A stretch of 57,317 nucleotides of DNA from an uncultured Verrucomicrobiae bacterium. GTDB lineage: Bacteria > Verrucomicrobiota > Verrucomicrobiia > Chthoniobacterales > Chthoniobacteraceae. The stretch covers positions 1 through 57,317 of the forward strand of contig CAWIKF010000004.1 of the NCBI GenBank assembly GCA_963836755.1, given 5' to 3'. This document shows positions 11,482 through 20,032 of the stretch, in pieces (positions within the stretch are counted from its first letter, which is position 1; every line of letters begins with the position of its first letter). Both the position numbers and the translations under genes were made by a program. The notes under the pieces are model-generated. The model did no database searches and was not told the origin of the DNA. It saw nothing but the letters and a program-made list of their open reading frames with translations.

Positions 11482-11754
11482 GATTTTCTTCCTTTCTGAG
11501 AAGGTGCCCGTCGATTTCCCGCTCGATAAGCCGAAAGCACTCGGCTGCGCCGCGACCATTGTTGCCGCGCGCGTTGCGGGGACGGTTTGCGCCATGAAGG
11601 TAACCTAGCGATCGCGCCCGCCCATGCTCACCATCACTTGCCAAACATCTTTCGTTTTTTGGCATTAACGCGGAAAGACTGTCTGACAAAAACTGGCGAA
11701 TCTTCGCCAAGAAACCGAAAGTCACCCGCATCGGGAAAAGGCATTCTAGCCTTC

Positions 11755-13125
11755 ATGCGGAAACAGACTTTTTGCTCGCTGATTATCGGAATCGTTACAT
11801 TTGCCGTTTTGCGTGGCCCTGACGCGGCGCAGGCTCAGACCAAGGCGGAGTTCGACGCTTTGAAGCAACAACTCCAGGCGCTTCAGCAAAAAACCGATCT
11901 CTTAGAAAAGCGACTCGCGAAGTCTGAACGCTCCGTCGTAGCTCCACGCTCGGATAAGACCATCCAGGAATCCTATGCGCCCATCGTGCAGGCTGATGAA
12001 CATGGCTTCGCCATCAAGTCTTTCGATGAACGATTTTCACTGCGCGTTGGCGGATACATTCAGGCTGATGGCCGCTTTTTTCTGGAACGTGATCATCGCG
12101 ACGATTTTACCGATACCTTTCTGCTGCGGCGCGTCCGGCCGATTTTGGAAGGCACGGTTTACAAGGACTTTCACTTTTTCATCATGCCGGATTTCGGCGA
12201 AGGCAAGGTCGTTCTTCAAGATGCGTTCATCGAATACACGCACTTTGCCGGCGCGCAATTGCGCGTCGGAAAATTCCGCGAGCCGGTCGGTCTTGAGATG
12301 CTGCAATCGGCGAAGGACCTGCTTTTCGTCGAGCGCGGGTTGCCGACGAACCTTGTGCCGATCCGCGATGTGGGAGCGCAGTTGAGCGGCATCTTTTTCA
12401 ACGGCCTGCTGAGCTACCAAATCGGCATCTTCAACGGCACTCGCGACGGCGCAAGCAGCGACATTGATAACAACGACGACAAGGACGTGGCCGCGCGGCT
12501 TTGGCTTCAGCCGTTTGGATCAACAAAGATCGCCGCGCTGCAAGGACTTGGGTTCGGTGTAGCGGGCACTTATGGCGAGGAGAATGGATTGTTGCCGACC
12601 TACAAGACACCGGCGCAGGAGACTTTCTTTAGCTATAACTCTTCTGCGGTAGCTGACGGCGATCGCTACCGCATCGTGCCGCAGTTGTATTACTCGTGGG
12701 GGCCGTTCGGCGTTTTGGGTGAATACGCGCTCTCCAATCAGGAACTCAGCAACGCAAACCAATCTGCAAGAATCGAAAACTACGCCTGGCAACTCGCAGG
12801 CTCGTGGGTCATCACCGGGGAACCGGCTTCCTACAAAGGCGTGAAGCCGCACAGGAACTTCGGCGAAGGCGGTCTTGGAGCGTTCGAGGTCGCGGCGCGC
12901 TACGGCGAACTGCACGTCGACGAAAAAGCATTCAGCCTCGGGTTTTCCGATCCGGCCCTCTCGGCGAGATCTGAAAAGTCGTTCGGCGTCGGCCTCAACT
13001 GGTATTTGAACGATAACGTCAAGGCCGTGCTTGATTGGGAGCACACTGTGTTCGACGGCGGAGCGCCCATTGGCAACCGTCACGACGAAGACGTTTTTCT
13101 TACTCGCGTGCAACTGGCATTGTAA
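11755..13125 (+). CDS. OprO/OprP-family (phosphate-selective-type) porin
   Basis: Signal peptide, short coiled coil, FLLRRVRP, QDAFI, VGKF..P.GLE, ERG, GLNWYLN, terminal beta-strand TRVQLAL. Confidence 0.85.
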   Translation: MRKQTFCSLIIGIVTFAVLRGPDAAQAQTKAEFDALKQQLQALQQKTDLLEKRLAKSERSVVAPRSDKTIQESYAPIVQADEHGFAIKSFDERFSLRVGGYIQADGRFFLERDHRDDFTDTFLLRRVRPILEGTVYKDFHFFIMPDFGEGKVVLQDAFIEYTHFAGAQLRVGKFREPVGLEMLQSAKDLLFVERGLPTNLVPIRDVGAQLSGIFFNGLLSYQIGIFNGTRDGASSDIDNNDDKDVAARLWLQPFGSTKIAALQGLGFGVAGTYGEENGLLPTYKTPAQETFFSYNSSAVADGDRYRIVPQLYYSWGPFGVLGEYALSNQELSNANQSARIENYAWQLAGSWVITGEPASYKGVKPHRNFGEGGLGAFEVAARYGELHVDEKAFSLGFSDPALSARSEKSFGVGLNWYLNDNVKAVLDWEHTVFDGGAPIGNRHDEDVFLTRVQLAL

Positions 13126-13128
13126 ACG

Positions 13129-13197
13129 GCTCTCGGCTGTTACCGGTTCGAGGAATTCACGGTCGTAACGCTTGGTGCTGAAGACCGCGATCTTCAT
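13129..13197 (-). pseudogene. 5' stub of a fermentative D-lactate dehydrogenase (ldhA-like)
   Basis: MKIAVFSTKRYDREFLE closely resembles the LdhA N-terminus (E. coli MKLAVYSTKQYDKKYL). Its ATG overlaps the upstream stop, and similarity ends at the porin gene 3' end. Confidence 0.65.
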
Positions 13198-13877
13198 TCG
13201 CAGTTCTCTGCTGATGTCTGCCCCCAGCGCGCGGCGTAGGAAATGAGTTCCGACGCGGTTTTGATTCCGAACTTTTCTTTAATGTGTGCGCGATGGACTT
13301 CGACAGTCTTCGCACTGAGGTGCAGCTCGCCGGCCATTTCGCGCGTGCTCTTCCCGCGGCCAATAAGTTGGAAAACCTCGAACTCGCGGTCGGTGAGTTG
13401 TTCGATCGGTGATTCGGTGGCGTCGCCGCGGCGACCCGAAAAAATCTGCAATATCTTCGCGGACATTTTTTCGCTGACGGCGACCTCGCCCGCGAGGACT
13501 TTGCGGATCGCGGCGACAATGCGTTTGCCGCCTTCGCGTTTCATGACGTAGCCGCGACCGCCCGCGCGCAGGACTCTCTCGGCGTAAACACTCTCATCGT
13601 GCATCGAGACGACGAGCGTCGCGATGTGCGGATGCATCGCGGCGATGTCTTTCACGAGTTCGAGGCCGCTTTTTCCAGGCAACGTGATGTCCGCGAGCAC
13701 GACATCGGGTTTCGATGACGCGATCATATCCAGCGCGATCGACGCCGTTTCTGCTTCGCCGCACACTTCGAGATCGGCCTGATTGCCGATGAAATGCACG
13801 AGTCCTTCGCGCATCATCGGATGATCGTCGACGATCAGGATGCGTTTTTTCGGCTCGGCCTTTTGTTTCGCGGGCAT
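13194..13877 (-). CDS. NarL/FixJ-family response regulator (REC + LuxR HTH)
   Basis: ILIVDDH, DITLPG, SMH, GYVMK, LTDREFEVF...KTVEVHRAHIKEK. Confidence 0.95.
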   Translation of the reverse strand: MPAKQKAEPKKRILIVDDHPMMREGLVHFIGNQADLEVCGEAETASIALDMIASSKPDVVLADITLPGKSGLELVKDIAAMHPHIATLVVSMHDESVYAERVLRAGGRGYVMKREGGKRIVAAIRKVLAGEVAVSEKMSAKILQIFSGRRGDATESPIEQLTDREFEVFQLIGRGKSTREMAGELHLSAKTVEVHRAHIKEKFGIKTASELISYAARWGQTSAENCE

Positions 13878-13879
13878 GG

Positions 13880-14935
13880 TTAAATTCTGGTGGGCAGCGA
13901 GGATCGAAATCCGCACGTCACGACTGTGCCCTTGTCGTCCGCACGGCGAACTTCCAGCGACGCGCCGATTATGCCGGCACGATATTTCATGATGCGCAAA
14001 CCCATGCCACTGCGTTGCGTTTTCGGCGGCAAAAAACCGACGCCGTTGTCGGTAATCGACAGCGCGATTTGATCCTGCTCCGCGCTCAGCGAAATCGTGA
14101 TCTCGCTCGCCTTCCCGTGCTTGATCGCGTTGTTGATCGCTTCCTGCGCGATGCGGTAAAGATGCGTCGAGGCGGCGGCGTCCTCGATCATCACCGGCTG
14201 TTTGCTGACAAATTTGCAACCGACGCGGAAAAGCTGCTCGGTGTTCGATGCCAGTTCGCTCAACGCCGCCATCAGCCCGTTCGATTCCATCTCCAGCGGC
14301 GACAGCCCGCGCGCGAGCATCCGCGTCTGCTCGATTGCTCGCTGGACGCGCTCGGCGATGCGCGCGGCCTGCGCGGATTCCGGCTTCGATTTTGCAGCGA
14401 GTTTTTCTTCGAGCACTTCGCTCATCAACTCAATACCGGCGAGACTTTGGCAAAGATCATCGTGCAAGTCCTGGCCGATCCGCTGTTGCTCGCGGTCGCT
14501 GATTTCGAGGATCTCTTTTTCAAGGCGTTTGCGCTCCGTGATGTCTCGCACGATGCCGGTGAAAAGTCGCCCGCCTGCGAGCCGCACTTCGCCGACGGAA
14601 AGGTCCATCGGAAAAGTCGAGCCGTCTTTTTTTTGACCCACGACTTCGCGTCCGATGCCGATGATCTTTGCTTTTCCAGTCCGCACATAGTTCCCGAGGT
14701 AGCTGTCGTGCTCCTCACGATATGGGCTCGGCATCAGCACGCTCACATTTTTCCCGATCACCTCATCCGCGCGGTAGCCAAACAGCTTTTCGGCAGATGG
14801 ATTCATCGAATCGACGATCCCGCGTTCATCAATCGTGATGATGCCCTCGACTGCCGTGTTCAGGATGCCGCGGATACGCTCCTCGCTGTCGAGCAATGCT
14901 GACTCAGCTTTGGACATTTCGGTGTGATCTTCCAC
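13880..14935 (-). CDS. FixL-like PAS sensor histidine kinase (HisKA_3 + HATPase)
   Basis: PAS with LMPSPYREEHDSYL...IIGIGREVVG (FixL heme-PAS signature), RIGQDLHD, QEAINNAIKHG, DNGVG, GMGL. Start is GTG 14935 or ATG 14917. Confidence 0.9.
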   Translation of the reverse strand: MEDHTEMSKAESALLDSEERIRGILNTAVEGIITIDERGIVDSMNPSAEKLFGYRADEVIGKNVSVLMPSPYREEHDSYLGNYVRTGKAKIIGIGREVVGQKKDGSTFPMDLSVGEVRLAGGRLFTGIVRDITERKRLEKEILEISDREQQRIGQDLHDDLCQSLAGIELMSEVLEEKLAAKSKPESAQAARIAERVQRAIEQTRMLARGLSPLEMESNGLMAALSELASNTEQLFRVGCKFVSKQPVMIEDAAASTHLYRIAQEAINNAIKHGKASEITISLSAEQDQIALSITDNGVGFLPPKTQRSGMGLRIMKYRAGIIGASLEVRRADDKGTVVTCGFRSSLPTRI

Positions 14936-14973
14936 GCGCCGAACTTAGCGGGCGCGCAAGCACTCGACAATGC

Positions 14974-15858
14974 TCACGCCGCCAGCGCGACCGCACCGCG
15001 ATACTCCGTGGGCGATTCGCCCACGATGTTTTTGAACACCCGATTGAAATGTGTGAGCGACTGAAACCCGACCTCGAAGGCGATTTCGCTCACGCGCAAA
15101 TTCGGATTGAGCAGCAGATTTTTCGCCTTCTCGATCCGGACTCGCGAGACGTAGTCGGTGAAATTCAATCCAGTCGCTTTCTTGAACATTTTGCAAAAAT
15201 AAAACGTGCTCGTATTCACCGCTTTCGCGACCACACCCAGCGAGAGCGCGTCGCCCTGATGCTTGTCGATGAATTCCTTCGCCCGCGCGATCATCGGCGG
15301 CTCGGCATTCTGTTGTTGCACGAGCACTTGGTTGCTCACCGAAGAGAGGTGCTGCGCAAAAATGTTGAGCAGCGCAATCACGGCTTTGTATTGGCGCGGC
15401 GAAAGCACGCGCGTCGCGAAATACGCATCGCGCAGTTCCGCGTCGTTCACTTTCAGCCCCCCGGCGTGAAGTTGTTTCGACACGCGGCTGAACTGAGCGG
15501 CGCTTGGTTTTTTTTGAAAAATCTGTCCCGTCTGCAAGAAACCGATCAGCGTATGGCCCGAGCGGACGGGCACTGCCGTGTCGCACATGCCGGAAAAACA
15601 CGCGACCGTTTGCGGCTCGTGTCGCGCGGTTTGCGAGAGCTGCTCCTGCACGCGCAGGCACGCCGCACACGAAGCGCTCGCGCGGGCCATGATCGCACAA
15701 AACGGGTTTTCGCTCTTCTTGCCTCGGTGCGGAAGTTGCCACGATTCGACTCCTCGCAAGCTGACCGGGAGGCCGGTGGCCCCGGTGAATGCGCGCTCGT
15801 AGTCCTGGTAAATCTTCGAGCACGCTAAAGTTTCGATGAGGTCTTTGTTGGCACACAT
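14974..15858 (-). CDS. AraC-family transcriptional regulator with N-terminal PocR-type ligand-binding domain
   Basis: N-terminal FTGATGL..NPFC..C..C..CFSG..AVPV..IGFLQTGQ; C-terminal double HTH (FCKMFKKATG..IAFEVGFQSLTHFNRVFK..SPTEYR). Confidence 0.92.
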   Translation of the reverse strand: MCANKDLIETLACSKIYQDYERAFTGATGLPVSLRGVESWQLPHRGKKSENPFCAIMARASASCAACLRVQEQLSQTARHEPQTVACFSGMCDTAVPVRSGHTLIGFLQTGQIFQKKPSAAQFSRVSKQLHAGGLKVNDAELRDAYFATRVLSPRQYKAVIALLNIFAQHLSSVSNQVLVQQQNAEPPMIARAKEFIDKHQGDALSLGVVAKAVNTSTFYFCKMFKKATGLNFTDYVSRVRIEKAKNLLLNPNLRVSEIAFEVGFQSLTHFNRVFKNIVGESPTEYRGAVALAA

Positions 15859-15970
15859 AATTTTGCTCCGGTTAAAAAAAGGCCGCTTTGTTCCGCGTCA
15901 CAGTTTTTGGCCTGGCTTCGCGAATCTTGTTGGCATGGCGACAATTTATGCGAAGCGGCGACGCACGGGA

Positions 15971-16034
15971 ATTGGGCGCAGCCCCATCCGTGAGTTGTGG
16001 CGCAGTCAGTAGGCGCGATAAGGAGATTCCTTAT
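15971..16034. promoter_or_regulatory. Two 6-5-6 palindromic boxes upstream of the AraC/kinase/regulator operon
   Basis: ATAAGG-agatt-CCTTAT (16018-16034, perfect) and ATTGGG-cgcag-CCCCAT (15971-15987, one mismatch). Confidence 0.4.
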
Positions 16035-16063
16035 GCGCGCACGAGCCAGCGGATTTCTCGTGT

Positions 16064-16927
16064 TTAAAAAACTTCCGCGCGCAGTCCTGTCTCCTCACGC
16101 ACGCGACGGGCAATGGCTGACAAACTTCGCAACGGCAAATGGCCGCAGCCCGAATGAAACGCGGGCCGATGCGCGGAATAAATTTGGACGAGATCGATCT
16201 GCGCTCCGCGATTTTGCAATTCGCGCAGGCGCGCAAGATAAGCGTCGATTTCGTTCACCGACGGTTCCATTCCATCAATTAACGGGAACAAGCTCTGAAT
16301 CACGATTGGCCGCTCGTTGCCGATGGCGACTATGTTTTCAAGCACCTCCGCCAGGGAAATGTCGGCTCGGTTGACGTGATTCATATAAGTCTGTGTGCCG
16401 GCGTCGAGCTTCGCCCAGATTTCATCGCGCGAAGTCAGGATCGCGATGCCCGCGCGCACGTCCGGCAATTGCAGCCCCGTGCAGTTTGTGATCAGCACTA
16501 TTTTGAAAAATGGAAGCCGGCCGCGCGCGCGAATGTGCGCTACTGCTTCGACCACTTCGCAAAAATTCTGGCACAACGTCGGCTCACCATCGCCACTCAG
16601 CGCAACCTCTTTCAGCCGCAGCAAATCCGGCGGCGTTTTCCGATACGCCGGCAATTTGTCCAAACCGCCGTCGCGATAGAGCGCGAGTGTTCCTTCCAAT
16701 TCGCACCTCATTTGCGCCACATCCACGCGCCGCGCGCCGCCGTGCTTGCGCCGGTCCACCTCGCAGTAAACGCAGTCAAAATTGCAGCGCTTGTCCGGGT
16801 TCATATTCACGCCGATCGACAAGCCGCGGGCGCGCTGCGAAATCACGCAATAGACAAATCGGTTGCCGAGAAAATTACGTGGCGGCGGGGCCGCGAGGGC
16901 GCAAAACGGCTGGGGCAGGTCAATCAT
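16064..16927 (-). CDS. Radical SAM protein (COG0731-like, function unknown)
   Basis: CNFDCVYC (CxxxCxxC), SGDGEPT, KLDAG. Confidence 0.88.
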   Translation of the reverse strand: MIDLPQPFCALAAPPPRNFLGNRFVYCVISQRARGLSIGVNMNPDKRCNFDCVYCEVDRRKHGGARRVDVAQMRCELEGTLALYRDGGLDKLPAYRKTPPDLLRLKEVALSGDGEPTLCQNFCEVVEAVAHIRARGRLPFFKIVLITNCTGLQLPDVRAGIAILTSRDEIWAKLDAGTQTYMNHVNRADISLAEVLENIVAIGNERPIVIQSLFPLIDGMEPSVNEIDAYLARLRELQNRGAQIDLVQIYSAHRPAFHSGCGHLPLRSLSAIARRVREETGLRAEVF

Positions 16928-17228
16928 CGCTTTTCTTTCAGTTTACCGGTTCGGCTTCTGCGCGCTTCTCCACGGTTGGCGTTTTGTTTGCGAAATTTGG
17001 CCTCCGACTCAGTCTCGCCAGCACTTCAACCGAATCGTCCGCAGGGGATTGATTTCCAGTGAAAGCTCCGACAGGGCGGGCGCCATAGTCATTCCCACCG
17101 AGCATCCAAAAACGCTTGGCAAAATTTCCCATATCTTGAGCAAAGGATGGTGAGCGGAGATGTGCGCTTTCGGGCAAGTTCGCGACCGTGATTTCATTAA
17201 GTGCTTGTTTGATTTTCGGAGGACGAAT

Positions 17229-17408
17229 GTGGTCGTAATCGCTCTCACCGCGTTTGTCGGGCTGGCGCTCGTGGCATTTTTCGTCCTGATGTTTCTCGAC
17301 CAGATGTCGGGACAACGGAATAGCGATCGCGATTCGCTGATGCCGCTGGCGGATGAAATCTCACGGCCCGCCAACCCTGTATCCAAGCGGCTCGGCAAGC
17401 TTTTGTAA
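17229..17408 (+). CDS. Small membrane protein, CcoS-like cbb3 maturation factor
   Basis: GGAGG then GTG start, one TM helix, then DRDSLMPLADE. Immediately upstream of ccoN. Confidence 0.6.
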   Translation: MVVIALTAFVGLALVAFFVLMFLDQMSGQRNSDRDSLMPLADEISRPANPVSKRLGKLL

Positions 17409-17414
17409 AACTCC

Positions 17415-19757
17415 ATGCACCTCACCGCGACCCATCCGCCCGGCTCAAAAATCACCATCGAGTTCGACGACGGCGTCGTGCGGCAGTTCATGCTCGCCGC
17501 AATTTTCTGGGGCATCGTGGCGATGCTCGTCGGCGTGCTCATCGCGACGCAGCTGGCGTTTTTTCAGCTCAATTTCAATACGCCGTGGCTGACCTTCGGA
17601 AGGCTCCGTCCGCTGCACACGAACGCGGCGATTTTCGCCTTTGTCGCAAACATGATGTTTGCCGGCATTTATCACTCGACGCAACGGCTCGTGAAACAAC
17701 GGCTGGCCTCGCGATTCCTCACGCAGCTCCATTTCTGGGGCTGGCAAGGCATCATCGTCGCGGCGGCGATTACGCTTCCGCTTGGGCTGACGCGCGGCAA
17801 GGAATACGCGGAACTCATCTGGCCGATCAACATCGCCGTCGCGGTGATCTGGGTCGTGTTCATGATCAATTATTTCTGGACGCTCGCGCGCCGGCACGAG
17901 AAGTCGCTCTACGTCGCGATCTGGTTCTACATCTCCACGGTGGTGACGATTCCGATGCTCTACATCGTGAATCATCTCCAGATTCCGACGAGTCTGGTGC
18001 ATTCGTATCCGCTCTTCGGCGGCGTGCAGGACGCGCTCGTGCAATGGTGGTATGGGCACAACGCCGTCGGCTTTCTCCTCACCACACCGATCCTCGGCAT
18101 TATGTATTATTACGTGCCGAAAGCGGCGGAGCGGCCGGTCTATTCCTACCGGCTTTCGATTATCCATTTCTGGTCGATGGTGTTCGTTTATATCTGGGCC
18201 GGGCCGCACCATTTGTTAAACACAGCGCTGCCGAACTGGCTGCAATCGCTCGGGATGATTTTCTCGCTCATGCTCTGGGCGCCGAGCTGGGGCGGGATGC
18301 TCAACGGCCTGCTCACCTTGCGCGGTGCGTGGGATAAAGTGCGCACCGATCCCGTGCTCAAGTTTTTCGCCGCGGCGATCACGTTTTACGGCATGGCCAC
18401 GTTCGAGGGACCGCTGCTCTCGATCAAATCGATGAACGCCGTCGCGCATTATCACGACTGGATCATCGGCCACGTCCACGGCGGCACGCTCGGTTGGAAT
18501 GGCTTCATGGCCGCCGGCATGTTTTACTACCTCGCGCCGCGGCTTTGGAACCGGAAGCTCTACTCGACCTCGCTCGCGAACATGCACTTCTGGCTGGGGC
18601 TCGTCGGCATCCTTCTTTACATCGCGTCGATGTGGGTCGCGGGAATGATGGAAGGGCTGATGCTCAGCGCGACGCACGAAAACGGCACCGTGCTCGCGTA
18701 TCCGAATTTCATCGATTCGGTCACTTCGACGAAAGCGATGATGCACACGCGCGCGCTCGGCGGTGCGATGTATCTCGCCGGATTTTTCATGCTCGCGTGG
18801 AATGTTTGGAAAACGATTCGAGGCGCTGCGCCGGTGAACGGCACGGTCGAAATCGTCGTCGAGGAAAAGGAAAAATCGCTCGGCCTTTTCGGCAGTTTCA
18901 TCAACGGGCCGGTCGTCTCCGCGACGCTGTTTGTCGTGTCTGCCATCATGTGGGGAATGCTTTCCGGCATCTGGGGCGGCGTCGGTTTCCTGGGCATGAT
19001 TGCCACGGCCATGGGTGCACAAATTCATAACGAATTCACCGGCACGAGCTGGAGCCAGTGGTATGAAAAATTGCTCGCGAATTCACTTCCTTTCACCGCG
19101 CTCACAGTGCTCGCGGCACTGGTCGGCGGTATCGCTCAAATCATTCCGACAATCGTCTTAAACAAAGCCGATAGCGTCGAAGGTGTGCGGCAAATTCCCT
19201 ACACGCCGCTGGAACTCGCAGGCCGCGACATCTATGTGCGCGAGGGTTGCTACAACTGCCATTCGCAAATGATCCGCACACTCGTCGGCGACGTTTTGCG
19301 TTACGGCGAATACTCGAAGCTCGGCGAGAGCATTTACGATCACCCGTTCCAGTGGGGATCGAAACGCACCGGCCCGGACCTCGCGCGCATGGGCGGAAAA
19401 TATCCGAACCTCTGGCATTTCCAGCACATGAAAAATCCGCGCGACGTGACGCCCGGCTCGACGATGCCGAACTACCCGTGGCTCTACACGGACAAGACCA
19501 ATATCGAGGCGTTACCGTCGAAACTCCGCGTGCAGCGGATCCTCGGCGTGCCTTATCCCGAGATGAATAGCGACGCGCTCTCGCAGTCAGTCACGACGCA
19601 GGAAAACGCGATCGTCGATGACCTAAAAAGCGTCGGCGCGAACATTTCGCCGGACCGCGAAATCGTCGCAGTCATCGCCTATCTCCAAAAGCTCGGGAAG
19701 TCCGAGAAAGTCATCCCGCCCGTCGAACTCAACCAGAAACCCACTGCGAAAAAATGA
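17415..19757 (+). CDS. ccoNO: cbb3-type cytochrome c oxidase, fused subunits I and II (CcoN-CcoO)
   Basis: FGRLRPLHTN, QWWYGHNAVGF, WAGPHH, GHVH; then EGCYNCHSQMIR, WGSKRTGPDL, MPNY. Confidence 0.97.
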   Translation: MHLTATHPPGSKITIEFDDGVVRQFMLAAIFWGIVAMLVGVLIATQLAFFQLNFNTPWLTFGRLRPLHTNAAIFAFVANMMFAGIYHSTQRLVKQRLASRFLTQLHFWGWQGIIVAAAITLPLGLTRGKEYAELIWPINIAVAVIWVVFMINYFWTLARRHEKSLYVAIWFYISTVVTIPMLYIVNHLQIPTSLVHSYPLFGGVQDALVQWWYGHNAVGFLLTTPILGIMYYYVPKAAERPVYSYRLSIIHFWSMVFVYIWAGPHHLLNTALPNWLQSLGMIFSLMLWAPSWGGMLNGLLTLRGAWDKVRTDPVLKFFAAAITFYGMATFEGPLLSIKSMNAVAHYHDWIIGHVHGGTLGWNGFMAAGMFYYLAPRLWNRKLYSTSLANMHFWLGLVGILLYIASMWVAGMMEGLMLSATHENGTVLAYPNFIDSVTSTKAMMHTRALGGAMYLAGFFMLAWNVWKTIRGAAPVNGTVEIVVEEKEKSLGLFGSFINGPVVSATLFVVSAIMWGMLSGIWGGVGFLGMIATAMGAQIHNEFTGTSWSQWYEKLLANSLPFTALTVLAALVGGIAQIIPTIVLNKADSVEGVRQIPYTPLELAGRDIYVREGCYNCHSQMIRTLVGDVLRYGEYSKLGESIYDHPFQWGSKRTGPDLARMGGKYPNLWHFQHMKNPRDVTPGSTMPNYPWLYTDKTNIEALPSKLRVQRILGVPYPEMNSDALSQSVTTQENAIVDDLKSVGANISPDREIVAVIAYLQKLGKSEKVIPPVELNQKPTAKK

Positions 19758-19855
19758 ATCAGAAAATCAGGAGCCGGCACCGCATCCATTTCCCGCGTTT
19801 ATGCCTTCGTGATCCGAAGTTTTTTCCGGCGACTGCTCATCTAAAAAATTAACCC

Positions 19856-20032
19856 ATGATCTTCCACCGCATCCAACTCGAAGACTGGCACCACATCCTT
19901 TCGGCAATCAGCTTCGTCCTTTTTTTCGCAAGCTTTTTGATCGCACTTTTCCGGGTGGTGTTCATGACGAAACGTGACGTGCGCCATCTGGAGAATCTGC
20001 CCTTGGAATTAGACGAATCGCGCCATGAATAA
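19856..20032 (+). CDS. ccoQ: CcoQ-like small subunit (58 aa; below the ORF-track cutoff)
   Basis: MIFHRIQLEDWHHILSAISFVLFFASFLIALFRVVFMTKRDVRHLENLPLELDESRHE: one TM helix plus LPLE, between ccoO and ccoP, overlapping the ccoP start. Confidence 0.7.
   Translation: MIFHRIQLEDWHHILSAISFVLFFASFLIALFRVVFMTKRDVRHLENLPLELDESRHE

Noticed and set aside
12520..13128. Continuation of the ldhA-like ORF as a full gene
   Set aside because: After about 23 codons it is simply the antisense of the porin gene.
14974..15858. Calling the regulator araC because araBAD is in the window
   Set aside because: It has a PocR-type sensor domain, lies 10 kb away, and is in an operon with the PAS kinase.
16938..17132. 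Small ORF upstream of the radical SAM gene
   Set aside because: No recognisable motif or RBS, and it overlaps the probable divergent promoter region.
17185..17215. FNR/FixK box upstream of cco (GTGAT-TTC-ATTAA)
   Set aside because: The spacer is 3 nt rather than 4 and both half-sites mismatch TTGAT-N4-ATCAA.
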